DNA of 63,768 bases, the filler included, from Actinomycetota bacterium (GTDB lineage Bacteria > Actinomycetota > Actinomycetes > JAKEEW01): NCBI GenBank assembly GCA_046725875.1. It is 4 parts of 4 records of this genome, joined end to end, with 100 filler letters (N's around TTAATTAATTAA, not from the genome) between each part and the next. Parts side by side here need not be neighbours in the genome. Positions count along the whole stretch, not along the records: positions 40,116 to 59,340 come from JBKOZJ010000088.1; 3 more parts are not named here. One strand, written 5' to 3'. Below are positions 41,283 to 51,556 of this stretch, piece after piece. The notes under the pieces were generated by a model, which ran no database searches, had not been told where the DNA came from, and saw nothing but the letters and a program-made list of their open reading frames with translations. The position numbers were made by a program, and so were the translations under genes. Numbering within the stretch: position 1 is the stretch's first letter; every line of letters starts with the position of its first letter.

Positions 41283-42365
41283 TCAGCTCGCCGCGGCGGA
41301 TAGCTTCGCGGCCCGATCCGCGTCGACGAGCGCCTGGATCACCCCGTCAAGGTCGCCGTCAAGCACCTGGTCGAGGTTGTACGCCTTATATCCCACTCGG
41401 TGGTCGGAGATCCGGTTCTCCGGGAAGTTGTACGTGCGGACGCGCTCCGAGCGGTCGACCGTGCGTACCTGGCTGCGCCGGGCGTCGGCGGCCTCTTTGG
41501 CGGCCTCCTCCTCGGCGAGGGCGAGCAGCCGCGCCCGCAGGATCCGCATCGCCTGCTCTCTGTTCTGCAGCTGGCTCTTCTCGTTTTGGCAGGAGACGAC
41601 GATGCCGGTAGGAAGATGCGTGATCCGGACCGCGGAGTCGGTGGTGTTGACGCTCTGCCCGCCGGGCCCGGAGGAGCGGAAAACGTCGATGCGCAGGTCG
41701 TTCGGATCGACCTGGACCTCGATCTCCTCCGCCTCGGGGAAGACGAGAACGCCGGCCGCACTGGTATGGATGCGACCCTGGCTCTCCGTCACCGGGACCC
41801 GCTGGACGCGATGCACACCGCCTTCATACTTCAACCGCGACCAGACGCCCTCGCCCGGCGGCGGGGTTCCCTTGGCCTTCACGGCCATGGATACGTCTTT
41901 GAAGCCCCCAAGGTCCGACTCGACCGCGTCGATGATCTCCGTACGCCAGCCCTGCCGCTCGGCGTAGCGCTGATACATGCGCAGCAAGTCGCCGGCGAAC
42001 AGGGCCGACTCCTCGCCGCCCTCGCCCGCCTTGATCTCGATGATCACGTCCTTGTCGTCGTTCGGGTCGCGCGGCACGAGCAGCGCCCGCATCCTGTCGG
42101 CGACGGCGTCGTACCTGGACTCCAGCACCGGCAGCTCCGACCTGAAGTCGTCGTCCTCGGCCGCAAGCTCGCGCGCGGTGGCGAGATCGTCCTCCGCCTG
42201 CCGCAGCGCGCGGTAGGTCTCGACGACCGGGGTCAGCTCGGCATAGCGGCGGCCGAGCTTGCGCGCTTGCACGGCGTCGGCGTGTACCGACGGGTCGGCG
42301 AGCCGCCGCTCGAGGTCGCCGTACTCGTCCAGCATCTCGTCCATGGCCTCAAACAACGCGCTCAC
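41283..42365 (-). CDS. prfA: Peptide chain release factor 1
   Basis: [13 protein letters not shown] (PxT), [14 protein letters not shown]. Confidence 0.99.
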   Translation of the reverse strand: MSALFEAMDEMLDEYGDLERRLADPSVHADAVQARKLGRRYAELTPVVETYRALRQAEDDLATARELAAEDDDFRSELPVLESRYDAVADRMRALLVPRDPNDDKDVIIEIKAGEGGEESALFAGDLLRMYQRYAERQGWRTEIIDAVESDLGGFKDVSMAVKAKGTPPPGEGVWSRLKYEGGVHRVQRVPVTESQGRIHTSAAGVLVFPEAEEIEVQVDPNDLRIDVFRSSGPGGQSVNTTDSAVRITHLPTGIVVSCQNEKSQLQNREQAMRILRARLLALAEEEAAKEAADARRSQVRTVDRSERVRTYNFPENRISDHRVGYKAYNLDQVLDGDLDGVIQALVDADRAAKLSAAAS

Positions 42366-42488
42366 CTCCTCCTGGGTCCCCCGCGTACCCGATCTTGCAT
42401 GAGAAACGGCGCCGGCTGGCGTCCGTACACAGTCACCCCGCGGAGGGAGAGGGGTGCACGGAGCGCAGCGCCGGCGCCGTTGAAGTCG

Positions 42489-42710
42489 CTACTTCTTGCC
42501 GCTGCCCGACTTGCCGAAGCGCTTCTCGAACCGCGCGACACGTCCGCCGGTGTCGAGGATCTTCTGCTTGCCCGTGTAGAACGGGTGGCACTGCGAGCAG
42601 ACGTCGGCGTGGATGACGCCGTTCTTCGCGGTGCTACGGGTGACGAAGGTGTTCCCGCAGGTACACGTCACCGTCGTCTCGACGTAGTCCGGGTGAATTC
42701 CGGTCTTCAT
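42489..42710 (-). CDS. rpmE: 50S ribosomal protein L31 (zinc-binding form)
   Basis: MKTGIHPDY...CTCG...[10 protein letters not shown]. Confidence 0.99.
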   Translation of the reverse strand: MKTGIHPDYVETTVTCTCGNTFVTRSTAKNGVIHADVCSQCHPFYTGKQKILDTGGRVARFEKRFGKSGSGKK

Positions 42711-42838
42711 GGGGTCTCCTCGTCATAGTGGTCGCCGGGTCGCCGCACCCTGAGTGGCGCAGCGTGAACCGGAACCAGACTCCTTAGTGTGCCCCGCCCC
42801 AGGCCGGGCCGTGCAACTCAGCGCTGGTGGACCGCGCG

Positions 42839-44695
42839 TTATTCCTCGCCTGGGAAGGCCGCGCCGGGCAGGCCGTTCTCCGGCGACGGCGTGGTCTTCT
42901 GGACCTGCATGAGGAACTCGATGTTGGTGCGGGTTTTGCGCAGCCGGTCGAGCACGAGCTCGATGCCCTGCTGGTCGTCGAGGGCAGCGAGCACCCGGCG
43001 GAGCTTCCAGACGACCTGCAGCTCTTCGCGGGAGAGGAGAATCTCCTCCTTCCGAGTACTGGACGCGTCCACGTCGACCGCAGGGAAGATCCGCTTGTCG
43101 GCGAGCTTCCGATCGAGCTTGAGCTCGCTGTTGCCGGTGCCCTTGAACTCCTCGAAGATCACCTCGTCCATCCGGGAGCCGGTCTCGACGAGGGCGGTGG
43201 CGAGGATGGTCAGCGAGCCGCCGTTCTCGATGTTCCGCGCGGCTCCGAAGAACCTCTTCGGCGGGTAGAGCGCGGTCGAGTCGACACCACCGGAGAGAAT
43301 CCGGCCGCTCGCCGGCGCCGCGAGGTTGTAGGCCCGGCCGAGCCGAGTGATGCCATCCAGAAGCACGACGACGTCGTGGCCCAGCTCGACCAGTCGCTTG
43401 GCCCGCTCGATGGCGAGCTCTGCGACGATCGTGTGATCTTCGGCCGGCCGGTCGAAGGTCGAGGAGACGACCTCACCCTTCACCGACCGCTGCATGTCGG
43501 TTACCTCCTCCGGCCGCTCGTCGACGAGGACGACCATGAGGTGGCACTCCGGGTTGTTGCGGGTGATCGCGTTCGCGATCGCCTGCATCACCATTGTCTT
43601 GCCGGCCTTCGGTGGGGACACGATCAAGCCGCGCTGGCCCTTGCCGATCGGCGTGACGAGGTCGATCACCCGAGTGGTGAGGTTGCCGGGCTCGGTCTCC
43701 AGACGGAGCCGGTCCTGCGGATAGAGCGGCGTCAGCTTGTTGAAATCTGCCCGGTTCCGCGCCTGCTCGGGCTCCATTCCGTTGATCGTGTCGAGGCGCA
43801 CCAGGGCGTTGAACTTCTCCCGGCGCTCGCCCTCGCGCGGCTGGCGGACCGCGCCGGTGATGGCGTCGCCCTTGCGCAGGGCGTACTTGCGCACGTTCGA
43901 CAGCGACACGTAGACGTCGTTCGGCCCGGGCAGATAGCCGGAGGTACGGATGAACGCGTAGTTGTCGAGGATGTCGAGAATGCCGGCCACCGGGATAAGG
44001 ACGTCGTCCTCGAGGATCTCGGGCTCGTCCTGTCCACCCTCGCGCCGGGTGCGCCCGCGGCGGTCGCGGTACCGGCGGCCGCGGCGGCCACGCCGACCAC
44101 CGTCGTAGTCGTCGTCACGGTCGCGGCGGTCGTCCCGCCGCTCGCCGCCCTCCCGACTGCTGTCGGAGACCGGACCGGACTCCTGGGCCTGGCTTTCCCG
44201 GCCGGTGCCGCCGGCTGGCCGGGCCTGGCCGCGGCGGTCAGTCGCGGCGCGGTCGGTCGCGGCGCGGTCACCGCCTTCGCGCTGCTCGCGGTCGGCTCCG
44301 TCGCCGGCCGGGGTGGACACCGCCACCGGAGCTGCGGCGCTGTTGTCAGTGGTCATCACGTCGCGTACCTCCTCGGCTCGGCCGTTACGGCGGCCGTCCG
44401 CGGTAGGGGCGGCGGGCGAGGAAGCCGCCCGAGTGCCGGCACCTGTCTCACCCTGCTTCGCCCTGATCGCTTCGATCAGCTGGCTCTTGCGCATCCGGGT
44501 CGTGCCGGTGATGCCCATGCCGGCCGCGAGCTCCTGGAGCTCGGCGAGAACCATGCCGGACAGCCCCGGGGCGCGGCGGCGGGTCCGCGGCGCGGCGGAG
44601 GTCTCATCTGAGGTGAACTGATCTTGGTTGTTGTATGTGTCGGATGCAGCGGAGGCAGCTTGCTGGCTGCCCAGAGTCTCGCTGGAATCGCTCAC
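42839..44695 (-). CDS. rho: Transcription termination factor Rho
   Basis: PIGKGQRGLIVSPPKAGKT, DERPEEVT, FEEFKGTGNSE; R/D-rich actinobacterial insertion; GTG start after GGAAGGA. Confidence 0.99.
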   Translation of the reverse strand: MSDSSETLGSQQAASAASDTYNNQDQFTSDETSAAPRTRRRAPGLSGMVLAELQELAAGMGITGTTRMRKSQLIEAIRAKQGETGAGTRAASSPAAPTADGRRNGRAEEVRDVMTTDNSAAAPVAVSTPAGDGADREQREGGDRAATDRAATDRRGQARPAGGTGRESQAQESGPVSDSSREGGERRDDRRDRDDDYDGGRRGRRGRRYRDRRGRTRREGGQDEPEILEDDVLIPVAGILDILDNYAFIRTSGYLPGPNDVYVSLSNVRKYALRKGDAITGAVRQPREGERREKFNALVRLDTINGMEPEQARNRADFNKLTPLYPQDRLRLETEPGNLTTRVIDLVTPIGKGQRGLIVSPPKAGKTMVMQAIANAITRNNPECHLMVVLVDERPEEVTDMQRSVKGEVVSSTFDRPAEDHTIVAELAIERAKRLVELGHDVVVLLDGITRLGRAYNLAAPASGRILSGGVDSTALYPPKRFFGAARNIENGGSLTILATALVETGSRMDEVIFEEFKGTGNSELKLDRKLADKRIFPAVDVDASSTRKEEILLSREELQVVWKLRRVLAALDDQQGIELVLDRLRKTRTNIEFLMQVQKTTPSPENGLPGAAFPGEE

Positions 44696-45239
44696 GAAGG
44701 GTCCTTCCCTGGAGCGGGCGCCGGTCGTATTCCGGCCCGGCGACCGATCTTGCTGGCCCCACATCGCTGGGGGTGCGCCGCCTGATGGCGAAACATTAGA
44801 TGGTGCACACCGACACGGCCTGGACGAGTTGGCGATTTCGACCACCTCGCTTGACTGTCCGAGAACCTAGCGGTACGGCTATCAAGCCATCCGGCTTCAG
44901 TTCGGAAAGCCAAGGGCGTCACCGCTGGACGGCGGGGAGAGTCTCCCGGTGAGGTGGCGACCGAGCGCCCGGTCTCGTCTGGGCGTCTGGTGCATCGTCA
45001 GAGTAACACTCTCCGACGCCTCGGGCATTCCCCCTCCCTCGAGGTCGTTGATTTCTTCGTCGGGTCGCGCGCCGCCCGACGCTCGCGGACCCCGTCCCCG
45101 CCCGCCTACTAGCGCCGGGACGAGGGCTCGCTGCGGCCCCGCAAGATCGGCTGGGTTATGCCCGGCACGACGGCGACTGAATCATCGCCCTCCGTCGACT
45201 CTTGATCGTGCTTTCCGCCGGCCCCGTCACTGCAGCCGC

Positions 45240-46205
45240 TCAGATGAGTCGTACGCGACGAACGCCCCGGTTGTCTATGCCAACTTCGTAGATCGGCCAC
45301 GCACTTTTCGTAGCGATCTTATCGAGAGTGGACCGGTTGCCGATGTCGAACGCAAGGACCGCCGGCCCTGCCCCCGAGATCACGGCCGCAATTCCCGCCG
45401 CCCGTAGCCGCCCGACCAGGGCGCAGCTGTCCGGCATCGCCGGCGCTCGGTAGCGCTGGTGCAGCCGGTCCTCAGTCGCCGCAAGCAGCAGCTCCGGCCG
45501 TCCGCCCAGCGCCGTAACCAGCAACGCCGCCCGGCCGGCCGTGTGTGCTGCGTCCCCGTGCGGGACCTCCGTCGGTAGCAGCTTTCGCGCGTGCTCGGTC
45601 GACACCGCCTCAGGGGGTACGAAGACGCGCGCCGTGATGTCTTTTGCGACCTCGTGGCGTACGGCCCGCGGCGCGCCACGGTCGGTCCAGGCGATCGTGA
45701 AGCCTCCATAGAGGCAAGCGGCGACATTGTCCGGATGACCCTCCATGTCGGCGGCCAGCGCTAGGGCCTTCTCGTCCGGCAGCAGCTCCTCAACCCGGAC
45801 GAGCTCCTCGTCGGTTCGTGGGCGCTCATCTCGCCGCCCGTCGCCTTCGCGTTGCTGCCCGAGCTCGCGGGCTAGGGCGATGCCGCCCACGATCGCCGCC
45901 GCTGACGAACCGAGGCCACGGGCGTGCGGGATCAGGTTGCTGCACTCCAGCGCGATCCCGGGCGGCTGCCCACCAAGGAGGTCGAATGCCGCGCGCATGG
46001 CCCGTACGACCAGGTGCCCCTCGTCGCGCGGCACGTCCCCGGCGCCCTCGCCACGGACCCTGAGATCGAGGCCGGCGCCAGTGATCTGGGCGGTGATCTC
46101 GTCATGAAGGCTCAGCGCGAGCCCAAAGGCGTCGAACCCGGACCCGAGATTCGCACTCGTCGCCGGCACCCGAACTCGCACCGGCTCCGCGCCCCAGGAC
46201 CCCAC
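45240..46205 (-). CDS. thrB: Homoserine kinase
   Basis: PATSANLGSGFD, IPHARGLGSSAAA, EGHPDN, ISGAGP. Confidence 0.97.
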   Translation of the reverse strand: MGSWGAEPVRVRVPATSANLGSGFDAFGLALSLHDEITAQITGAGLDLRVRGEGAGDVPRDEGHLVVRAMRAAFDLLGGQPPGIALECSNLIPHARGLGSSAAAIVGGIALARELGQQREGDGRRDERPRTDEELVRVEELLPDEKALALAADMEGHPDNVAACLYGGFTIAWTDRGAPRAVRHEVAKDITARVFVPPEAVSTEHARKLLPTEVPHGDAAHTAGRAALLVTALGGRPELLLAATEDRLHQRYRAPAMPDSCALVGRLRAAGIAAVISGAGPAVLAFDIGNRSTLDKIATKSAWPIYEVGIDNRGVRRVRLI

Positions 46206-46273
46206 AACGTGATCTTAGTTGCTGCGCCAACCGTTGCAACGGACCACTGCCTTCTCAGCGACCACGACCACTG

Positions 46274-46444
46274 GACCATCGCGACGTCGACTCGGACGTC
46301 GTCGAGCCCGACGACACCGTCCACCCAACGTCCCTCGACTCGCGTCTCCCCCTCCAGCTCCAGACCAAGTTCGACAAAGTACGCAGTAGCAGCCTCGAGG
46401 TCGTCGACAACAATGCCGACGTTGTCCATCCGCTGAATCGTCAT
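46274..46444 (-). pseudogene. VOC/glyoxalase family N-terminal fragment
   Basis: MTIQRMDNVGIVVDDLEAATAYFVELGLELEGETRVEGRWVDGVVGLDDVRVDVAMV, then similarity stops. Confidence 0.75.
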
Positions 46445-46496
46445 ATCCCCGAACCCAGGGGTCGGAGATTCGGCTATGTCTGTGAGCGGTGGCGTC

Positions 46497-46625
46497 GCGC
46501 CCGGAGACCTGGGCGCGCCGGACCAAATCTGCGATCATCGCTTCCGGGTAGGGCAGCCGGTACCGGTCGTAGTACCCCGCAGTCCCCCGGTACAGATCCG
46601 CCGCGAACCGCACCTCGTCATCCAC
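46497..46625 (-). pseudogene. Class I SAM methyltransferase N-terminal fragment
   Basis: FAADLYRGTAGYYDRYRLPYPEAMIADL, broken before the SAM-binding motif. Confidence 0.65.
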
Positions 46626-46844
46626 CAGACTCAGCCCTTCCCGGCGACCCGGTTCGACACTCGATGAAATCGCCGAGGTTAGCGGCAAGCCGGCATCCCG
46701 CCGCCAAGCCCACAGATCGGTCAGCATTCCGGATTAGTGCAGATCTACTCATGACGAGCGGCAAGCCCACAAGTCAGCGTCACGCGCCGAACCGAGACCC
46801 ACGATCGCGAGCCAAGTCGGACCGTACCGGTACGGTCGACGACC

Positions 46845-47714
46845 ATGACGGCGCTGGACGTGCCCGGCTATCTGCGCAGGATCGGCGTCGATAACCCCGG
46901 ACCACCGTCCATCGAGGCACTGCACGCGTTGCACCAGGCCCATGTGGAGCGGGTGCCGTATGAGACGTTGCAGATCCATCTTGGCCGGCCGACAAGTATC
47001 AACCCGTACGAGTCAGCCCAGCGAATCGTGACCGACCGCGCTGGCGGATACTGCTACCACCTCAACGGCGCCTTCTCGCTTCTGCTTCGAACGCTCGGAT
47101 ATCGCGTGACGTGGCATCGCGCCGGGGTTGAGCGGCACGGGCTCGTCCGACCGCCCGGGGCGAACGCCAACCACCTCGGCCTCGTCGTCTCTGGTCTGGA
47201 GTGCGATATCGCACCGGACGGTCGCTGGCTGATCGATGTCGGACTGGGCGACGCGCTCCATGAGCCGGTCCCACTGCAGCCAGGCACATACGTCCAGGGC
47301 CCGTACGCCTTCATCGTCCGCTGGTCCGACGTCGAAGTGGAGGGCTGGCGTCTAGACCACGATCCACGAGGAGGTTTCGCCGGCGTGGACTTCGCGCCCG
47401 GACGAGCCGCCCGCCGCGATTTCGAGCCGATGCACACGGAGCTGGCGACCTCACCGCAGTCAAGCTTCGTACGGGTCATGACAGCGCAACGGCGTCACGG
47501 CGGCGGCGCTGACGTCCTGCGCGGCTGTATCCTCACTCGGGTCCTGGATGGATCGACGGAGTCGGTCGTCGTCGATCGGCATACCGACTGGTTCGCCGCG
47601 CTCGCCGACATCTTCGGGCTCACGCTGGCCGACGTCGCGAGCTGCGAGCGGGACGTCCTCTGGAGACGAGTCCTTGCCGCTCATCTCGCCTGGGAGACGG
47701 CAAGTCGGCCCTGA
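46845..47714 (+). CDS. Arylamine N-acetyltransferase family protein
   Basis: YLRRIG, HVERVPYETL, GGYCYHLN (Cys), NHL (His), DVGLG (Asp). Confidence 0.92.
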   Translation: MTALDVPGYLRRIGVDNPGPPSIEALHALHQAHVERVPYETLQIHLGRPTSINPYESAQRIVTDRAGGYCYHLNGAFSLLLRTLGYRVTWHRAGVERHGLVRPPGANANHLGLVVSGLECDIAPDGRWLIDVGLGDALHEPVPLQPGTYVQGPYAFIVRWSDVEVEGWRLDHDPRGGFAGVDFAPGRAARRDFEPMHTELATSPQSSFVRVMTAQRRHGGGADVLRGCILTRVLDGSTESVVVDRHTDWFAALADIFGLTLADVASCERDVLWRRVLAAHLAWETASRP

Positions 47715-48806
47715 TCAGGCGAGGCCGAGCGCTGCCACGGCGGCATCCGCGGTGGCGGGGATGGTCGTCGGCGCGGGCGCGAATGAGATGGCCCAGTCGG
47801 GATCCTTGAGGCCGTGGCCGGTCACGGTACACACGACTTCCTGACCAGGAGCGAGGCGGCCGTCCTCGGCAGCAGCCAGGACACCAGCTACGCCGGCCGC
47901 CGAGGCCGGCTCCACGAAGACGCCCTCTTTGGTGGCGAGAAGCCGATAAGCCGCGAGGATCTGCCGGTCCGTCACTTTGTCGATCAGTCCACCCGACTCG
48001 TCGCGTGCGGCAACGGCGAGCGACCACGACGCCGGGTTGCCGATGCGGATCGCGGTGGCGACAGTATGCGGTTCGGCAACCGGTGCGCCGTCCACAATCG
48101 GCGCTGCTCCAGACGCCTGAAACCCCCACATCCGCGGCCGGTTCGAGGTGCGGCCCGCGGTCGCGTATTCGCGGTAGCCCTGCCAGTACGCGGTGATGTT
48201 GCCGGCGTTGCCGACCGGCAGGCAATGGATGTCGGGAGCACGGCCGAACGCGTCGACGATCTCGAATGCAGCCGTTTTCTGTCCCTCGAGGCGGCGCGGG
48301 TTCACCGAATTCACCAGCGCCACGGGATAGTGTTCGGCAAGATCACGCGCCAATAGGAGGCACTCGTCGAAGTTGCCGTCGACCTGGATCAGCCGCGCGC
48401 CGTGCACCACGGCTTGGCTCATCTTGCCCACAGCGATCTTGCCCCGCGGTACTAGGACGGCACAGGTCAGGCCCGCATGGGCGGCGTAGGCGGCGGCGCT
48501 CGCGCTGGTGTTACCGGTGGATGCGCATACCACAGCGCGCGAGCCGGCCTCGACCGCCTTCGAGATCGCAACCGTCATGCCACGATCCTTGAACGAGCCG
48601 GTTGGGTTCGCTCCCTCGACTTTGAGCCAGACCTCGCACCGGGTGCGCTGGGAGACGACGTTCGCCCGCACGAGAGGCGTGCCGCCCTCGCCCAGAGTGA
48701 TCACGGGAGTATCGGAGGTGACCGGCAGCCACTCGCGGAACTCCTCGATGACGCCGCGCCACGCCCCGGAGCGAAGTGACGCCACCACTCCCCTCACCTC
48801 AATCAC
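47715..48806 (-). CDS. thrC: Threonine synthase
   Basis: [40 protein letters not shown]. Confidence 0.98.
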   Translation of the reverse strand: MIEVRGVVASLRSGAWRGVIEEFREWLPVTSDTPVITLGEGGTPLVRANVVSQRTRCEVWLKVEGANPTGSFKDRGMTVAISKAVEAGSRAVVCASTGNTSASAAAYAAHAGLTCAVLVPRGKIAVGKMSQAVVHGARLIQVDGNFDECLLLARDLAEHYPVALVNSVNPRRLEGQKTAAFEIVDAFGRAPDIHCLPVGNAGNITAYWQGYREYATAGRTSNRPRMWGFQASGAAPIVDGAPVAEPHTVATAIRIGNPASWSLAVAARDESGGLIDKVTDRQILAAYRLLATKEGVFVEPASAAGVAGVLAAAEDGRLAPGQEVVCTVTGHGLKDPDWAISFAPAPTTIPATADAAVAALGLA

Positions 48807-49025
48807 CAGGCATCGACCGCTCGAGCCGAAGCTAGTGCCTTCGAGACGGACCGGTCGGATCCCGAACTCGAAGTGTATGGGCAGAGTAGACGAAGGTCCT
48901 TTACGCGCTGAAACCAGCTTCCTGCGCCGGGTGGTCGGACAGAAGCGGCAAGTCGGTCACCCAACCGGCCACTGCGCGCACCAAGCTGTTCCACGACGCA
49001 TAAAGCCCCCTCGTGCCTTGTGGCG

Positions 49026-51071
49026 CTAGCTGCGGCATGCGGTTGGTGCGGGGAGCGGAGCGCCGGTCATGACCGCGAGCATGGACTCCCAGGCCGTAGA
49101 GCGGCGGCTGAAGACGTCCCAGTGGGCGGAAAGGCCGTCGATCCGCTCGCCGGGATGCTCAGGGTCGTTCGGCGGGTAGCAGCCGGTGGGCACTGAGACA
49201 AACCCGTCCACGTCGTCCGGATCAGCGCCATGGCCGAGGCCGCCAACCTCGATGCCGCGAACCAGCTTGATCGGATCACCCGGCGCCGTCATCGTGTAGT
49301 GCTCCCGAACTCCACCGGCATAGTCGCCGAGGTCGTCGACGCCGGCACCGGCGCCGGCCGACTCGACGTGCAGCACACGATCGGCCACGATGCCCTCCCG
49401 CTCGGCCGCGCCGACCATCGCACCGCCGTAGCTGTAGCCGAGCACCGTCGCCGACGCGGTCGCCCGCATCTTGATGCCGGCCACGAAGTCGCGCAGCTTC
49501 GGCGCGTCGTCCTCTGCGTACGAGCGCGCGGCGGCGGCCGGCAGAGTGTCCGGAAAGTCGCCGCCCATCCACGCCACCACTGCGAGATCCGCAGCGTCGG
49601 CATGGAGGTCGCGGGCAAGGTCGGCCCAGATCGAGTACGAGTCCAGGTCAAGCCCGGTCCCCGGCACGAGGACGGCAAGGCTTCGTGTCGTGTCGTCGAT
49701 GCGGCCGAACAGCTCGACGAGGACGCCATCGCCGCGCTCATCAAACGCCAGGATCTGCCGGTCGGAATCGAGCACCGATGTGTAGAGCGCAGTGCGCGCA
49801 TCGCTCGCCGCTGCCGCGTTGCCTGGATCGCTTTCGAAGTCTGCGACGAAAGAGCTGATCGGCGCGGTGTCGTTTACTCGATCCCACAGTCTGCTTGTTA
49901 CGTCCTGCAGTGTGTCCAACGGTCCGGCGTGGTTCTCGCGATCGTCCAAGCGGGCGAGAACCTTGGACCGTCGGTTGAGCTCCGCGTCGAGCGCGGCCGT
50001 GACGAGGATGCGGTTGGCGGCAACCCGATCGGCCAAGGGCACGCCGTCGAGCGAACCAATCGCACGCGGATAGAGAAGCGCAAGCCGTCGTCGGATGGTG
50101 GCCGGAAGGTTCCGAGCGGCTTCGCGCACGGCACCAACGCGCGCCGGTCCTGGCTTTTGCAGTAATGCCGCGGCCAGCACCGCCGGAATCAGCTCACCAG
50201 GCAAGGCTTCGGCAGAGTTGCTTGCGTGCCCATCAGGAGGCCGCAGCCGGGAGTCGGACCGCGACGGGCCCGGGACAGGATCGGAGTCGGGAGGACGAAC
50301 GCCTTGCGCCGCGGCGCCGATCGCTGCAGAGGTCTCCTGGGGGTCGGCGAGTCGGGCGGCGATCGCCGGGTTTGCCTCGACGAGCGCCGCGAGCTCGGGA
50401 ATCGGCAATGGTGCGAGCCGCCGGCGCAATGCTGCAGCCCCGGCCACGCCCGGAAGCAACGTCCCGGCCCAGGCCGGGATGTCGGCCGCCGCACCAGCGG
50501 GCACTACTCCGTGAGGGTCGAGGACCGGCCCGGCCCCGGCAGGTATAGCCGATCCGACCCAATTCCATACGTACCCTGGTCGGGCAAGGCCGGCTAGCCC
50601 GTCGGTCAGCGCATCCACTTCGGCCGCGAGCCGAACGTCGGTCGCGACAACCCGGTCCGCCAGCGCCTCGGCCTCTCGGATGAGCACCAGCCTGGCGAGC
50701 GGGTCGAGCGGATCCGGCACGAAGCGGGTTGATAGAAACCGCAGGTCTTCGTCTGCGTCGGCGAATTCACGGGCAGCGGTCAAGAGTGAAGTCGCGAGCG
50801 CCATGAGCAAGCCGTGGAGCGAGTCCAGCTGGTCACAGCGATCGTGGGCGGTTGCACTGGCCTGGTCTGCCGCTTGGCCAGACCAGCCGAGGCTTACCGC
50901 TGTCTCGCCGAGGACAATGCGTAGCCGGCCGCGGACCTCTTCGACAGCACCGGCCGACTGCGTGAGGCTTGCCCCGAGCTTTCGCAGGACATCGGGCGCC
51001 GCGGGGAGCCAGCGCAGGAGTTCGGCCCCCAGGAGCCAATCTAGGCCGTTCGTCCCGACGCCAAGAGTCAT
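49026..51071 (-). CDS. Alpha/beta hydrolase (DUF1023-like) with a WXG-type helical N-terminus
   Basis: GWSGQAAD and FADAD near N-terminus; IGSLDGVP..DRVAANR, VLVPGT, GYSYG nucleophile, GDPI, AHW. Confidence 0.8.
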   Translation of the reverse strand: MTLGVGTNGLDWLLGAELLRWLPAAPDVLRKLGASLTQSAGAVEEVRGRLRIVLGETAVSLGWSGQAADQASATAHDRCDQLDSLHGLLMALATSLLTAAREFADADEDLRFLSTRFVPDPLDPLARLVLIREAEALADRVVATDVRLAAEVDALTDGLAGLARPGYVWNWVGSAIPAGAGPVLDPHGVVPAGAAADIPAWAGTLLPGVAGAAALRRRLAPLPIPELAALVEANPAIAARLADPQETSAAIGAAAQGVRPPDSDPVPGPSRSDSRLRPPDGHASNSAEALPGELIPAVLAAALLQKPGPARVGAVREAARNLPATIRRRLALLYPRAIGSLDGVPLADRVAANRILVTAALDAELNRRSKVLARLDDRENHAGPLDTLQDVTSRLWDRVNDTAPISSFVADFESDPGNAAAASDARTALYTSVLDSDRQILAFDERGDGVLVELFGRIDDTTRSLAVLVPGTGLDLDSYSIWADLARDLHADAADLAVVAWMGGDFPDTLPAAAARSYAEDDAPKLRDFVAGIKMRATASATVLGYSYGGAMVGAAEREGIVADRVLHVESAGAGAGVDDLGDYAGGVREHYTMTAPGDPIKLVRGIEVGGLGHGADPDDVDGFVSVPTGCYPPNDPEHPGERIDGLSAHWDVFSRRSTAWESMLAVMTGAPLPAPTACRS

Positions 51072-51403
51072 CCGCGGGCCGGTTTAATTCTGTTATGGAC
51101 ATCTGTGGGCGTGCTGGCGGCGCGATCCGCTTCGTCGTACTCATGTGCGGCCCGGCGAAGTGCGGCAGCCAGGGCGGACAAAGCCGTGGCGAGCGAGTCG
51201 CAGGCCCGCCCGAGACTGACGCCGGCCCGGGCGCCCGCCGCCGCCACGCGGCACTCTGGGAGCTGCTCATCGGCGGCCGCGAGCCGCCAGCTCACGCCGG
51301 ACCGACCCGCAGCAGAAGACAGCTCGCGTACTCGATCTTCTAGCTCCCCGAGGCGTCGCCCCGCTCTCATCAGCACCCACGGATCTACCACGATCGCCGT
51401 CAT
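51068..51403 (-). CDS. Small helical type VII secretion target-like protein
   Basis: 111 aa, IVVDP..L..AG start, LRRAAHEYDEAD (YxxxD); overlaps the hydrolase start by 4 nt. Confidence 0.65.
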   Translation of the reverse strand: MTAIVVDPWVLMRAGRRLGELEDRVRELSSAAGRSGVSWRLAAADEQLPECRVAAAGARAGVSLGRACDSLATALSALAAALRRAAHEYDEADRAASTPTDVHNRIKPARG

Positions 51404-51556
51404 GACCGACCTCCCCCCGCGACAGCCCGGCGCCGGAAGCCGCGCTCAGCACCACCCGGATTTGCCGGGTGGAGGACGACATTAGCCGGAAAGAGCGCAG
51501 GTCAGAGGCCGTCCACAGACGCCGTAGAGTCCACAGCCTCGCGAGCTTGCACCCGC

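Noticed and set aside
42827..44611. Long antisense ORFs (594 aa opposite rho, 506 aa opposite hom, 478 aa opposite baeRF2 and others)
   Set aside because: Shadow frames expected in high-GC DNA, overlapping well-supported genes.
51511..51537. Two GTCCACAG copies resembling DnaA boxes
   Set aside because: Poor match, only two copies and no origin context.
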